A DNA stretch of 64,000 nt. It comes from an uncultured Acidobacteriaceae bacterium (GTDB taxonomy: Bacteria; Acidobacteriota; Terriglobia; Terriglobales; Acidobacteriaceae). This document shows positions 22,951 through 33,510 of this stretch, in pieces. Made by a program: the position numbers and the translations under genes. The notes beneath the pieces were generated by a model, which was given only the letters and a program-made list of their open reading frames with translations, had not been told where the DNA came from and ran no database searches. The first letter of the stretch is position 1. Every line of letters starts with the position of its first letter. The stretch spans positions 399,434-463,433 of the forward strand of contig CAVOKT010000004.1 in assembly GCA_963696575.1 (NCBI GenBank). The letters are read 5' to 3'.

Positions 22951-23937
22951 TTAGCCGGGAGGCATCGCGACGGTTTGTGGGCCCGGACTTTCTCGGACAG
23001 GCTCCATCGGCGCAGTCGCGTTCTTCTGCTTTTCCAGTTCCACGTTCAGCTCTGCCCCCAGCAGGATGGCCATCCCCGTGAACTGCAGCCAGGTCATCAG
23101 CACAATGAACGACGCCAAGGTTCCGTACATTGCATTGAAAAATGAAAATTGGCGGAGGTAGATCCCCAGCAGCTCCGAACTTGCGATCCATACCACAACC
23201 GCAAATACCGAGCCCGGAAACTGCTGCCACAAGGTGCGACGTCGACGCAGTCCGACGTAATACAGCATCTCAATGGAGGCCAGCGCTCCCGTCAGCACCA
23301 ATGTCCAGCGCATGTAAGGCCAGAATGCAACAAAAGAGCGGCTCACGTTGAAGACACGCGCCAGTTCCCTGCCGAAGTGTGGTCCGAGCAACATGGCACC
23401 CAGGGCAACGGAAATCATGGCGCCGACTACGAAGGTCACTGAAACTGCATGCACCCGGCTTCTCCAGAATGTCTGCTTCTCCTTCACCTCATAAATCGTA
23501 TTCAGCGCGTCCGACATCGCGGCAATCGCATTGGAGGCCGCAATCACGGCGAGAATGAAGCCCGCCGACAACAGTCCATTGTTGGTGCGCATGGTGGAAT
23601 CGAACATGCCTTCCACCATCGGCATCGTCTGCTCTGGAATGAAGTGGGAAACGAGGTGCGTCATCCGCGTCGCCAGATGTGGAATCGGCATCAGGGCCAG
23701 CGCGCTGGCGAGAAAGATGAGGAATGGAAACAGCGACATCAGGAAGAAAAACGCCAGCGCGGCCGAAGAAGTGAAGCCATCGTGCCGAATGAAGCCGCGC
23801 ACCGAAGACAGCACAATCCGGCGAACCCGTTCCAGGAGCGGGAGTAGCTCGGGAAGTGGCCCGGAGTATGGTTCCGATGCGGCTGTCGACATGCCTAAGG
23901 TTGCCACCAGAACAGTCGCCCCTGCAACTGCGATCAC
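22951..23937 (-). CDS. YihY/BrkB family membrane protein
   Basis: Polytopic membrane protein. Contains SAALAFFFLMSLFPFLIFL and YGTLASFIVLMTWLQFTGMAILLGAELN, typical of the YihY family. The start may be the internal MSTAAS. Confidence 0.8.
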   Translation of the reverse strand: MIAVAGATVLVATLGMSTAASEPYSGPLPELLPLLERVRRIVLSSVRGFIRHDGFTSSAALAFFFLMSLFPFLIFLASALALMPIPHLATRMTHLVSHFIPEQTMPMVEGMFDSTMRTNNGLLSAGFILAVIAASNAIAAMSDALNTIYEVKEKQTFWRSRVHAVSVTFVVGAMISVALGAMLLGPHFGRELARVFNVSRSFVAFWPYMRWTLVLTGALASIEMLYYVGLRRRRTLWQQFPGSVFAVVVWIASSELLGIYLRQFSFFNAMYGTLASFIVLMTWLQFTGMAILLGAELNVELEKQKNATAPMEPVRESPGPQTVAMPPG

Positions 23938-23953
23938 GCTGATTCTCGCGGCA

Positions 23954-24586
23954 CTACGACAAATTCAGTCCGCGCTCCACAATCTCCCTGGCCTGCGCCG
24001 CCGACTCGAAAACATGAGCTTCCATGCCGACCCGCTTCGCTGCGTCTACGTTTCGCTGGCGATCGTCGAAGAACAGCGACCGCACAGGTTCACAACCCAA
24101 GGTGGTCAGACAGGCATGATAGATTTCCGCGTCCGGCTTGATGACACCCAGTTCGCACGACCATATCTGGGCGTCGAATTCGTCAAGCCAGTCGAACTTC
24201 CTGCGCAGCTCGGCCAGCAAGTCAAACGGCATATTAGAAAGGATTGCCGTCTTCAAGCCTTGCGATTTGATCGCCCGCGTCAACTCCAACATCTCGCGAT
24301 TCGGGCGCGTCCACATGTCCGATTCCATCGCCACCATTCTTTGCACCGTGGCGGGAGAAATCTGAACTCGCGCCACTTCCGCGAACCGTTCCCAATGCTC
24401 TCTGCAATCCGCATGACCACGGTCGTATTGGTCGCGGGTGTTGGAATACAACTCAAAGAAGGCGGATTCGCTGACTCCGGTAAGGGCAGCGAAATCACGC
24501 AATTCTGCAGGACTGGGAGCGTTGCTCAACACCCGCCCGTAATCGAAGATCACGGCATCCCACCGACTCGAATTCATCTTGGTCAT
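23954..24586 (-). CDS. HAD superfamily hydrolase (subfamily IA-like)
   Basis: AVIFDYGRVL (motif I variant), AILSNM (motif II) and SLFFDDRQRNVDAAKRVGM (motifs III/IV). Confidence 0.8.
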   Translation of the reverse strand: MTKMNSSRWDAVIFDYGRVLSNAPSPAELRDFAALTGVSESAFFELYSNTRDQYDRGHADCREHWERFAEVARVQISPATVQRMVAMESDMWTRPNREMLELTRAIKSQGLKTAILSNMPFDLLAELRRKFDWLDEFDAQIWSCELGVIKPDAEIYHACLTTLGCEPVRSLFFDDRQRNVDAAKRVGMEAHVFESAAQAREIVERGLNLS

Positions 24587-24598
24587 TTCTGTAGGGGA

Positions 24599-25792
24599 CT
24601 AAACCGCTTTCACCAGCATGCAGGTCACATCATCATGTTGGGGAGCCCCGGCTACGAAACGGTCGAGGTCCATCATAATGTTCTGAAGAAGCTGGTTCGG
24701 ACCCAAAGCCGCACCGCTGTTCACGACAAACATCAGCCGGGGTTCGCCGTACTCCTCGGTAAGACCGTTTTCCGCCTCGACCACACCGTCGGTGAAGACC
24801 ACCAGCCAATCGCCGGTTTGCAGAACTACCATGCCAGCTTCATAGGTCGCAGTTTCCAGAATGCCCAGCGGGATGCCGCCCTTATCGAGCTTCTCCAATG
24901 CGCCGGACTGGCGTCTCAGTACAGGAGCATTGTGTCCCGCATTGACATAGACCAATGTGCGCGTCGCAGGTTCGTACTCCGCGAGAAAAGCGGTGGTAAA
25001 CCGACGCCCATTCTGACTGTTACTGCAGGCATATTGATTCATTCGGCCTACGAGCTCGGGCAGAATGGCGGGGCCCACCGCCAAGGTTTTCAGGCTAGCC
25101 TGAATGGTCGCCATCAACAGCGCCGCCGGAATGCTTTTCCCCGCCACGTCCGCCATGGCAAAGACAAAAGTCTGCGCACCCGAAGCCGATCCTCCGCGTG
25201 GGAACACATCGTAGTAATCACCCGCGACGGTGTTCGCGGGTCGTGTGGCAAAAGCAATTTCAAGCCCTGGAATCAAAGGGGGACTGGCTGGAAGCAACCA
25301 CGTCTGAATTTCTTTCGCGATCTGCAGGTCACGCTTCATCACTACTCGATCGCCGACTTCGAGAATCAGCAGCGCGAACATCAGCAGGCCAGCCACGAAA
25401 TGGGTATGGAAGGAAAAAGACGCATTCTCTCCCGCAGTGCGCCAGGTCGCATCTGAATCGGGAATAAAAATGAGCACTAATGCAATCAGCAGCAGTACTC
25501 GGCGGGCGGGCGACAGCTTCTCCAGGATGGCCCAGAAAAACTGTCCCGCCACGTTAAGGAAATGCTTGCCTTTGGAAACACCCTCAGTCCGCTCCGACTC
25601 CACTTCCCTGGAATACAGCCGATAGCTGGAGCGAGCGTCGGTCTGGAATTGCCTCCAGAGCTGGTCGACTCGCATGCCGTCCGTGACGCGGTTCCAGAAC
25701 CGATCGACCCGGTCCATCACAGGAGCAACCTTCGTCGTGAGTGGGTCGTTGGGTGAAGGAGGCCGACCAGCGGGTTGGGATCCGACAGGCAT
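24599..25792 (-). CDS. Membrane-anchored PP2C-family (SpoIIE domain) protein phosphatase
   Basis: Two TM helices followed by AGDYYDVF, FAMADVAGKSIPAALLMA, TAFLAEY, VNAGHNAP, VVFTDGVVEA and QHDDVTCMLVK. Confidence 0.85.
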   Translation of the reverse strand: MPVGSQPAGRPPSPNDPLTTKVAPVMDRVDRFWNRVTDGMRVDQLWRQFQTDARSSYRLYSREVESERTEGVSKGKHFLNVAGQFFWAILEKLSPARRVLLLIALVLIFIPDSDATWRTAGENASFSFHTHFVAGLLMFALLILEVGDRVVMKRDLQIAKEIQTWLLPASPPLIPGLEIAFATRPANTVAGDYYDVFPRGGSASGAQTFVFAMADVAGKSIPAALLMATIQASLKTLAVGPAILPELVGRMNQYACSNSQNGRRFTTAFLAEYEPATRTLVYVNAGHNAPVLRRQSGALEKLDKGGIPLGILETATYEAGMVVLQTGDWLVVFTDGVVEAENGLTEEYGEPRLMFVVNSGAALGPNQLLQNIMMDLDRFVAGAPQHDDVTCMLVKAV

Positions 25793-25887
25793 GAAGGTAT
25801 CAGCAGGATTATAGGGGTCGTACGGCTCGTAATGAAATGTAGCGGCCCGCGTAACAAACGAAGTGTGCCATCGCAGGCGGCGAGACC

Positions 25888-26163
25888 CTAATCGACGAAT
25901 GCTACCGACTGAACGCTGGTGACTTCAAAACGCTTGCGACAGCGCATGTTCTTGCACGCAACCAGGTCGTCGCGCCGCACCATGTAGGAGCGGGCCTTGG
26001 CAAACTTGGCCCGGTCGCGCTCGTCAGCCCTTCCGGGCAGTTGTTTTTTCTTAGTTCGGACGAACCATCCCAGATCATACTCGGCGGACTGATGGCAGTG
26101 CGGACAGGTCATGGTTGCTTTCTTGGTCTCTTGCCGCTCGTCAAAGAAATCACGCTCTTCCAT
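25888..26163 (-). CDS. Small hypothetical zinc-ribbon-like protein
   Basis: 91 aa, GGAGG RBS. Cys pairs CPHC and CKNMRC suggest a 4-Cys ribbon. No family recognised. Confidence 0.5.
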   Translation of the reverse strand: MEERDFFDERQETKKATMTCPHCHQSAEYDLGWFVRTKKKQLPGRADERDRAKFAKARSYMVRRDDLVACKNMRCRKRFEVTSVQSVAFVD

Positions 26164-26393
26164 CGGAACCTCCGCACGCGCTGGCGGGTTCAGCCGCCAT
26201 CGCTATAACTTTGCCATTAGATCACAGGCGTCGCCGATTCATTGTGACTTAGACGGATCTCGCTTGCGGCGAGGCTCCGGAGTGCTTCCCACTCGATACG
26301 TCCTGCGATATGGGTCTGTTCCGTTGGCGTTCGTCCCAAAATCCGAGCCCGAATCCTCAAAACGGTGCTAACATCTGCAGTTAGGAGGGCCTT

Positions 26394-26747
26394 ATGTTCA
26401 GCCTTCTTCTGCTATCGATGGTGCTCTCGGCGCCCTCGGCGGCTACGCAGACGGCGGTTGTTCCTGGCGATCCGCCCGTAGCCGAGTCAACCGTTGTCAA
26501 CGCGGAAGACTCAAGGATTGTTGTTGAACCGCAATCTATGCCGTTCGACGCGATCGAAGTCCATCCTGGCGACGATATCTGTTACAAGATTCGCGCTTAT
26601 ATCTATTCCACCGGCCCAGCTCCTAAGTTGCTGCGGGAAACGACCTGCGGACCGAAACGCCCGGCTGCCAGGAACGTGGACGGTGCCAAACCTAAGCTTG
26701 TGCCGATCGATGCCGGAGAACCGCACGTCTTGGCCCCTGAGCGCTGA
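26394..26747 (+). CDS. Hypothetical secreted protein
   Basis: AGGAGG RBS. Signal peptide MFSLLLLSMVLSAPSAA. No family recognised. Confidence 0.55.
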   Translation: MFSLLLLSMVLSAPSAATQTAVVPGDPPVAESTVVNAEDSRIVVEPQSMPFDAIEVHPGDDICYKIRAYIYSTGPAPKLLRETTCGPKRPAARNVDGAKPKLVPIDAGEPHVLAPER

Positions 26748-26802
26748 AACCAGTCGAACTTCTCCGCATCACATACTGTGATTTCGCAGGAGGAGTTCGC
26801 AA

Positions 26803-27258
26803 ATGCCAGACAAGGACACCATTGAACGCGCCCAGGAAGACGCTCGCGAGGGCAAGTCCCCAAGTACCCAGGCCGGGGAATTCGTGCGCCAGGAGTTTGA
26901 CCACATCCGTGAAGGAAAGCACGGAGCCGCCTCAACCAAGCAGGCGATCGCGATCGGCCTGTCTGAAGCGCGACGTGCCGGAATCAAGCTGCCACCGCCG
27001 AAAGTCGGGACAACGTCTCCTCAGATACGCAAGAAGGCCGAGCGCGATTCTGAAATAGGACAATCGGGCACCAAGAAGAAGACGTCGGCCAAGCGGTCGC
27101 GGGCTGTGGAGAACGCCCTCAAGAAGAAGGGTCACAGCGCCGCTTCGCATGCTGCCCTTTCAAAACAGGCAAAGCAGGCGGCGAGCCAAGCGCAGCCCAT
27201 CGTCGCGAAGCCAAGCGGCCAAGAAGGCAGCGCGCACGAGAGCTCGATCCGGACATAA
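26803..27258 (+). CDS. Small hydrophilic basic protein, DUF6496-like
   Basis: GGAGGAG RBS. MPDKDTIERAQEDAREGKSPSTQAGEFVRQEFDHIREGKHGAASTKQAIAIGLSEARRAGIKLP matches my memory of DUF6496. After ~27180 the +1 frame (…AAKKAARTRARSG…, stop 27272-27274) looks more typical, so a 3' indel is possible. Confidence 0.55.
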   Translation: MPDKDTIERAQEDAREGKSPSTQAGEFVRQEFDHIREGKHGAASTKQAIAIGLSEARRAGIKLPPPKVGTTSPQIRKKAERDSEIGQSGTKKKTSAKRSRAVENALKKKGHSAASHAALSKQAKQAASQAQPIVAKPSGQEGSAHESSIRT

Positions 27259-27282
27259 CCGCTACGGGAAATAAGCCCGTAG

Positions 27283-28863
27283 CTATTCTCCACCGGCAGC
27301 TTTCGCGGCATAGGGATTCTCGTCGAGCACTTGCCACACCGTGTCGAGCACGGTGCCGTCCACCCACTTCACCACCGCCACTGGACGTTCGCCGAGCCTA
27401 GGCTTCGCGGGTTTACCGCCGCAAATCTGCTCGACCTCCGCCTTGATCTCCTCAATCGTGCGGATCGGCAGGCCTTTGCCCTTGACCGCATCCAATAGAT
27501 CCTGGCGTTTTGGATTGATGGCAATGCCCCGTTCGGTGGCAATCACATCGATCAACTCACCCGGCCCCGTGATGGTGGTGACTTCGTCCACAATCACCGG
27601 TATGCGATCACGGAACGACGGAACAGCCAGGATCGCGCATCCCGCGAACAGGCAGTTCTGCCAGCCGCCGATGCCGTGCAGCAGCCGCCCATCGGAGTGC
27701 GTCACTACGTTGGCGTTGAAGTTCACGTCCACTTCGGTCGCACCCAGCACGCAGGCATCGACGATGGATGCGAAGTTCCCCTTGCCGTGAAAGTTGTATG
27801 ACGTAAACGGGCTGGTCGGAACATGCCGCGGATCGCTGGCAATCGAGCGCACCGCATCGAGGTCGAACGTCTGCCCGTCGAGAATGTAGCCGGTGAGGCC
27901 CTCCCTCAGCATATCGACCAGGTACTTGGTCGATCCGCCGCGCACGAAGCTGGCCTTGACGTTGGCATCTTTCATCATGCGCGCGAGGTAATCCACGAAC
28001 GCCAGTGCGATGCCACCTGCTCCAGCCTGAAAGGAAAATCCATTGCGCATGATGCCGCTGTCACGCAGAAACCGCGCGACGAGTTCGGAAATTCGCAGCC
28101 GGTCGGGGCTGCGCGTGATCTGCGTCGTGCCGCTGACGATCTTCGTCGGATCGCCGATCGATTCCACCTCGACCACGTAATCCACGTTGTTGCCCTGGAT
28201 CTGCCAAGGGATGCACGGGAACGGAACCAGGTTGTCTGTCACCACAATCACGCGGTCGGCGTATACCGAATCGGTGAGAGCGAAGCCCAACGATCCACAG
28301 GCCGACTTGCCGTGCGCGCCGTCAGCATTGCCGAAAAAGTCAGCGGTTGGCGCCGCGATCACCGCGATGTCGATGTGGACTTCGCCATCCTGGACTGCCT
28401 GCCAGCGTCCGCCATGCGAGCGCAGGACGCCCATGCCGCGCATCTGCCCGTGCGAGCAATAGTCGCCCAGCGGACCGTTCATACTGCCTTCGATGTGGTG
28501 TACCGCTCCCGACTTCATCAACTCGATCACCGGCTCGTGACACGGAAACGAAGCGCTGGGGAACCACACCAGGTCTCTTGCACCCATGCTCGCGGCGGTC
28601 TGCAGCGCGGTCAGCGCGACGCGGTCGCCATTGCGCAGATGATGATGGCTGCTGATCGTCATACCATCGCGCAGGCCACACAGTCGTAGTGCGGTTTCGA
28701 GATCCGGGACCCGCTTGTCGCCGTTTCTGGGATAGTCGCTGTTGGTGCGAATCGGCGGGCCGTACTTGTTGCCAGTGGGACGGTGGCCGTCAACGCCGGC
28801 GTAGGGAGTTTGCTCGCGTCCGTTGACGACGGTAGGGACTCGGCGGCCGGCCGCGTTGGTCAC
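27283..28863 (-). CDS. citF: Citrate lyase alpha subunit / citrate CoA-transferase family (CitF-like)
   Basis: 526 aa, collinear with CitF. Contains GLRDGMTISSHHHLRNGD, SHGGRWQAVQDGEVHIDIAVIAAP, GKSACGSLGFALTD, FSFQAGAGGIALAF, NVVTHSDGRLLHGIGGW and ERGIAINPKRQDL. Confidence 0.85.
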   Translation of the reverse strand: MTNAAGRRVPTVVNGREQTPYAGVDGHRPTGNKYGPPIRTNSDYPRNGDKRVPDLETALRLCGLRDGMTISSHHHLRNGDRVALTALQTAASMGARDLVWFPSASFPCHEPVIELMKSGAVHHIEGSMNGPLGDYCSHGQMRGMGVLRSHGGRWQAVQDGEVHIDIAVIAAPTADFFGNADGAHGKSACGSLGFALTDSVYADRVIVVTDNLVPFPCIPWQIQGNNVDYVVEVESIGDPTKIVSGTTQITRSPDRLRISELVARFLRDSGIMRNGFSFQAGAGGIALAFVDYLARMMKDANVKASFVRGGSTKYLVDMLREGLTGYILDGQTFDLDAVRSIASDPRHVPTSPFTSYNFHGKGNFASIVDACVLGATEVDVNFNANVVTHSDGRLLHGIGGWQNCLFAGCAILAVPSFRDRIPVIVDEVTTITGPGELIDVIATERGIAINPKRQDLLDAVKGKGLPIRTIEEIKAEVEQICGGKPAKPRLGERPVAVVKWVDGTVLDTVWQVLDENPYAAKAAGGE

Positions 28864-28887
28864 GAGTTCGGCGGTCGACGGTCGTGC

Positions 28888-30144
28888 TCATGCCTGGCCT
28901 CCTTGGCACAGGAAGCCACAGCGCATGAGTCCCATTTGCCTCGCGCGTTCCACCAGCTTCAACGCACGATTCACCACGGGAGCGTCAATCATCTTCGATC
29001 CCAGACTGACCACCCCCAGCCCTTTCGCCTGCGCGTCTTCGAACGCGGCGACGATTTTCAGCGCCTTCTCCAGTTCGGTCTGCGACGGCGCAAACGCGCG
29101 ATGGATGATCTCGATCTGCATGGGATGAATACAGCCCATGCCCTCGAATCCCATGGCGCGAGACGCTTCGCCCCAGTGTTGCAGCCGTCCGGAGTCGGCC
29201 ACATCGCCATACACCGAATCGATGGCCTGCACATGCGCGGCATGCGCGGCATTCACCACGCGCATGCGCGCGAACAGCGACTCGCTGCCCGTCGCGGTCT
29301 TCACCACGCCGAGATCGGCGGTGTAGTCCTCGAGGCCAATCGTGATGCCCGCGATGCGGTCCGAAGCCGTCGCGATGGCAAATGCGTTCTCGATACCGAG
29401 CGCGGATTCCAGAATCGGCATCAGCCAGATCGGCGCGCGTCACGCCAGTGCTGACTGCGTAATGCGCGTGATCGCTTCGTCGACTTCAGCAACCTGTGCC
29501 GCGGTTTCGACCTTGGGGATGAGGATGAGGTCAGGCGACTGGGGAACGATCTCTTCCAGGTCGGCCAATCCGAGCGGCAATTGGTTGATGCGCACCATGC
29601 GCTCGGCCGCGCCGAAATCCACCGCGCGCAGTGCATTGCGAACCAGCAACCGCGCCGCATCTTTCTCACCGTGATGAACCGAATCCTCGAGGTCGAGGAT
29701 GACCGCATCGGGCGCGTGCAGCCCAGCGTTCACGAAGTACTTCGGCTCGTTTCCCGGCAGATAAAGCCGCGAGCGGCGCAAGCGGTCTTTCGCAGACGCC
29801 GCGAGCAACGGTACCGGTTCGGGCAGCGCCGATTTCCGGTTGCCCAGTCCTGCGCGACGTACGGCTGCTTCGACGCGCGCCGCGATGACGAACGGCAGCG
29901 CGCCTTCGTCCGCCACACTGACAAGAGCGTGCGCGACGCCCAGCGCTCGGAGCACTTCGCGTACTTGCTGCCGAATGTTATCCCCGTAATAAAGCGCCAC
30001 CCGCGAGCGCAGCTCGATCTCGACGCCACCACTCGTGCGTTCCTCGATGCTCACGTGCAGGTCGGAGCGCACATCGCCCCCCGCGCGGCCTGCCTCACCC
30101 CGTTTCAAGCTATTTTCCGTTGCTACGGAGACATTCAAAGACAA
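28888..30144 (-). pseudogene. CitD-like (acyl-carrier gamma) domain fused to CitE-like citryl-CoA lyase beta subunit; one in-frame TGA at 29440..29442
   Basis: N-terminus AGGDVRSDLHVSIEE...ALYYGDNIRQQVREVLRALGV...VADEGALPFVIAARVEAAVRRA is CitD-like. It is followed by RRSRLYLPGNEPKY...AVILDLEDSV...MVRINQL...LILIPKVETAAQV, then TGA, then RAPIWLMPILESALGIENA...ITIGLEDYTADLG...GMGCIHPMQIEII (HpcH/CitE fold). Both halves are in the same frame. Confidence 0.8.
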
Positions 30145-30264
30145 ATCCTCCAGGGCTAAAGCCCCCTAATTCCCGAGAAACAGCACTGACGCCGGCCCTT
30201 CGGCTTCGCTCAGGGCGGGATCTAAAGGCCAGCTCTACCGAAAGACCATGTGCACCCGCGATCG

Positions 30265-31480
30265 CTAGACCAACAGCGCCGCTTCGACACCGACTCCGAG
30301 TTTCGCCAGGATCGCGTCGGTCATTTGCGTGGTCGATGCCGCTCCTTGCGCAATCGACTTGGCGCCGCCGGAAATGCGCATCATGTCGTAGGTGCGCACC
30401 TTGCCTTCGGCAACCACCGCCGCAATTGCCTCGCGGACTTTCGTCGCCTTGTCGTTTTCTCCCAGATGATCGAGCATCATGGCCGCCGACAGAATCATCG
30501 CGATCGGGATTCACGATCGGCGGGTCCAGCTCGGCATATTTCGGCGCCGATCCATGCGTCGGCTCGAATACCGCAACTTCGTCGCCGATGTTGCCGGACG
30601 CGGCAAATCCAAGCCCGCCGACCAGTCCGGCAAAGGCGTCGCTGATCACGTCGCCAAACAAGTTGCTGGCCACGATTACGCCGTAGTCCTCGGGGTTCTT
30701 CGTGAGCCACATGGTCTGAGCATCGATGTTGGTGGACCAAAGCGCGATCTCCGCATACTGCTTCTGCACTTCTTTCGCAACCTCTTCCATCATGCCCGAG
30801 GTCTCGCGCAGCACGTTGGGCTTCTCGCAGATGGTGACCGACTTGTAGCCGAACTTGCGCGCGTGCCGGAAGGCCGCCTCGCAGATCCGGCGCGCTGCCG
30901 GGCGAGTGATGATGCGCACCGAAATCGCGAGGTCGGCGCCTGCCACATTCGCGAACGCCTTGAACTTAGGATGTGTCGCCAGCGCCTCACGCACCGGCTG
31001 CGGCGGATTCGTCCACTCGACTCCGGCGTAGAGACCTTCGGTGTTCTGGCGGAAGACGACGACATCTACCTTGGGCTCTTCATATCCGCCAGCAGGTTTC
31101 TTGCGAATAAAGTTCAGCGGGTTCCCCGGAAACGACAGGCAAGGCCGCATGCAGATGTCGAGGTTGAAAATCTGCCGCATCGAAACGATGGGGCTGAAAT
31201 ACTGCAGGCCTTTGCCCTTCAGCGCGGGGATGAGATCGGCCTCGGTTTCCTTCTTCGGTTTCGACGTGATGGCGCCGAACAGCCCGACCTTGTGCTTCCG
31301 CAGCAACTCGATGGTGCGCTGCGGAAGCGGATTGCCCTCGTTCCGCCAGCACTCCCAGCCAATGTCGGCATGGACGTACTCGGCTTCAAAGCCGACCGCG
31401 TCGAGCACGCGAATCGCCTCAGGCAGAACCTGATTGCCAATGCCGTCTCCCGGCATGGTTACGACCGTATGTTTCGCCAT
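30265..31480 (-). pseudogene. Isocitrate/isopropylmalate dehydrogenase superfamily oxidative decarboxylase; frame break at ~30507
   Basis: MPGDGIGNQVLPEA, NTEGLYAG, NLFGDVISD and THGSAPKYA. The run CCC (coding strand) at 30506-30508, where CC restores the frame, shifts reading. The C-terminus IAMILSAAMMLDHLG... is in ORF 30265..30498. Confidence 0.85.
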
Positions 31481-31526
31481 GAATGCAAACTCCTCGGTGA
31501 ATCTTTATCCCACACAGTGGGACTCC

Positions 31527-33491
31527 TTAAACCGTTGCCGTGACCTGTGTCAGTCCCAGCTTCGCGCTCACCAGATTCTCAACTCCTCCGGCAATGACCA
31601 GCGATTGCGGGACCGAGCCCAGCGCGGGGAACGTGAACTCCTCCCCGGCGTAACGGATGGTGCTGGCCGCGAAATCAACCTCGATCTCGTCGCCAGGAAT
31701 AATCGTCTTCTCTTTGCGGGCGATCGCATCGGCATATTTCGCGCGCAACCGGCTCACCAATTCCGGCGTCTCAATGCACAGGAAGCCGTTGTTGAAGGCA
31801 TTGCGCAGATACGTTTGCGAGAAGCTGCCCGCAATCACCAGTGGAATGCCCGGCACACTTCAGCGCGGTGACGGCCTGTTCGCGGCTGGAGCCGGTGCCG
31901 AAATTGGACCCGCCGACCAACACGTCTCCGGCCTTGCTCCGTCCGGCGAACGTTGGATCGTAGTTCTCCATCACGACCTTCGCCATCATCTCGGGCGTCA
32001 TGTCTTCGCGATAGGTGTAATCCTTGCCGTAGATACCGTCGGTGTTGAGGTTGTCTTGTGGCAGAAAGACCAGCCGGCCTCGCACACTCTGCGGAAAGCC
32101 TGGAAGAATCTTCACCTTCTCGGCCTCTGGCGCCAACGCGAACGACTCGAAGTGTTTCTTGATCTCGCGATATTGCGCCGCATTGGGCCCGCAAATGTAG
32201 CCCGCCACCGCTGATGCCGCCACCACCTCCGGGCTGCCCAGATAGCACTGTGCATCGCGCGATCCCATGCGCCCTTTGAAATTGCGGTTGGTCGCGGAAA
32301 TACCGACTTCACCCGCTTCGAGCAATCCCGTGCCGAGTCCGATGCAAGGACCGCATCCCGGCGGCAACGTTTGCGCCCCGGCCGCGAGTCAGCGTCTGCC
32401 AGATGCCGCGCTTCTCGGCTTCCTCCTGCACCGAACGGCTCGCAGCTGCCAAATAGAACTTCACTCCGGCGGCGACTTTCTTTCCCTCGAGCACTTTCGC
32501 CGCGGCGGCCAGGTCTTCCAGCCTCGAATTCACGCACGAAACCAGGTAGGCCTTCTGGATCGCTACCTTCTTCTTTTCAATCTCCGCCACCGACTGCATT
32601 ACCTGCACCGTGTCGGGACCCGACAGGTGTGGAGTCACCTCGGCGAGGTTTAACACGATACGTCCGGCGTACATGGCATCCACATCGGGCGCGGGAGGGT
32701 TCGCGCGAATATCCTGCATCCGCCAATCGGAAATTCTCCTGATGCCTTGCGCGCGCAGCTCCTGTCTGCGTCCCTCAATGTAGGACATCGTGACCGCATC
32801 CACCGGGAACCAGCCCACCAACGCGCCCCATTCCGTGGTCATATTGGCGATGCTGAGACGCGCGTCCATGCTCAGCGACAGCCACGCCCGGCCCCGCGAA
32901 CTCGACTGCAGCGTTCAGTACTTCTTCGTGGTTGTAGAGGCCGCAAAGAGTGATGATCACGTCTTTGCCGGTGGCGCCCGGCGCGAGTTTGCCTTCCAGC
33001 ACGACTTGAATGGTCCGCGGAATCTGCCACCAGAATTCGCCCGTCGCCCAGATAGCCGCTGCGTCGGTGCGTACCACCGGCGTGCCGACCGCGCCTAGCG
33101 CTCCGTACATGTTGGAGTGCGAATCCGACGCCACCACAAAGTCGCCCGGCAGCACGTAGCCCTTCTCCACCATGATCTGGTGGCCGATGCCGGTACCCGG
33201 CGGATAGAAGTCGATCCCATGTTGCGCAGCGAACGCTTCCATGCTGCGGTACTTCGCCAGGTTTGACTCCTCGGTATTCTGGATGTCGTGGTCGGCCGTG
33301 AACACGGGCTGCGCCGGGTCGTCGATCGCACGCGCGCCAATCGTCTTGAATTTCTTCATCACCGCCGAGGTGTTGTCGTGCGTCATCACGTGGTCGGGGC
33401 GGATCGACAGAAAGTCGCCTGCGCGCAATGGGCGGCTCGGCCCTTCGGCCATGTGGGTCTGCGAAATTTTCTCGACAATCGTCTGTCCCAT
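31527..33491 (-). pseudogene. Aconitase-superfamily hydro-lyase with LeuC-like and LeuD-like domains fused in one polypeptide; three frame breaks
   Basis: [56 protein letters not shown] and [11 protein letters not shown]. These then run, inside one uninterrupted ORF (31771..32367), into [13 protein letters not shown] and [14 protein letters not shown], followed by [17 protein letters not shown]. Breaks are near 32879, 32386 and 31860 (GGG where GG restores the frame). Confidence 0.85.
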
Positions 33492-33510
33492 ACTCAGTAC
33501 CTCCTGCCGA

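Noticed and set aside
29440-29442. The in-frame TGA in the CitD-CitE gene as a selenocysteine codon.
   Set aside because: The position aligns with a variable surface linker of CitE, not a redox or catalytic residue. I see no convincing hairpin immediately 3' of the TGA. A point mutation or base-call error is simpler.
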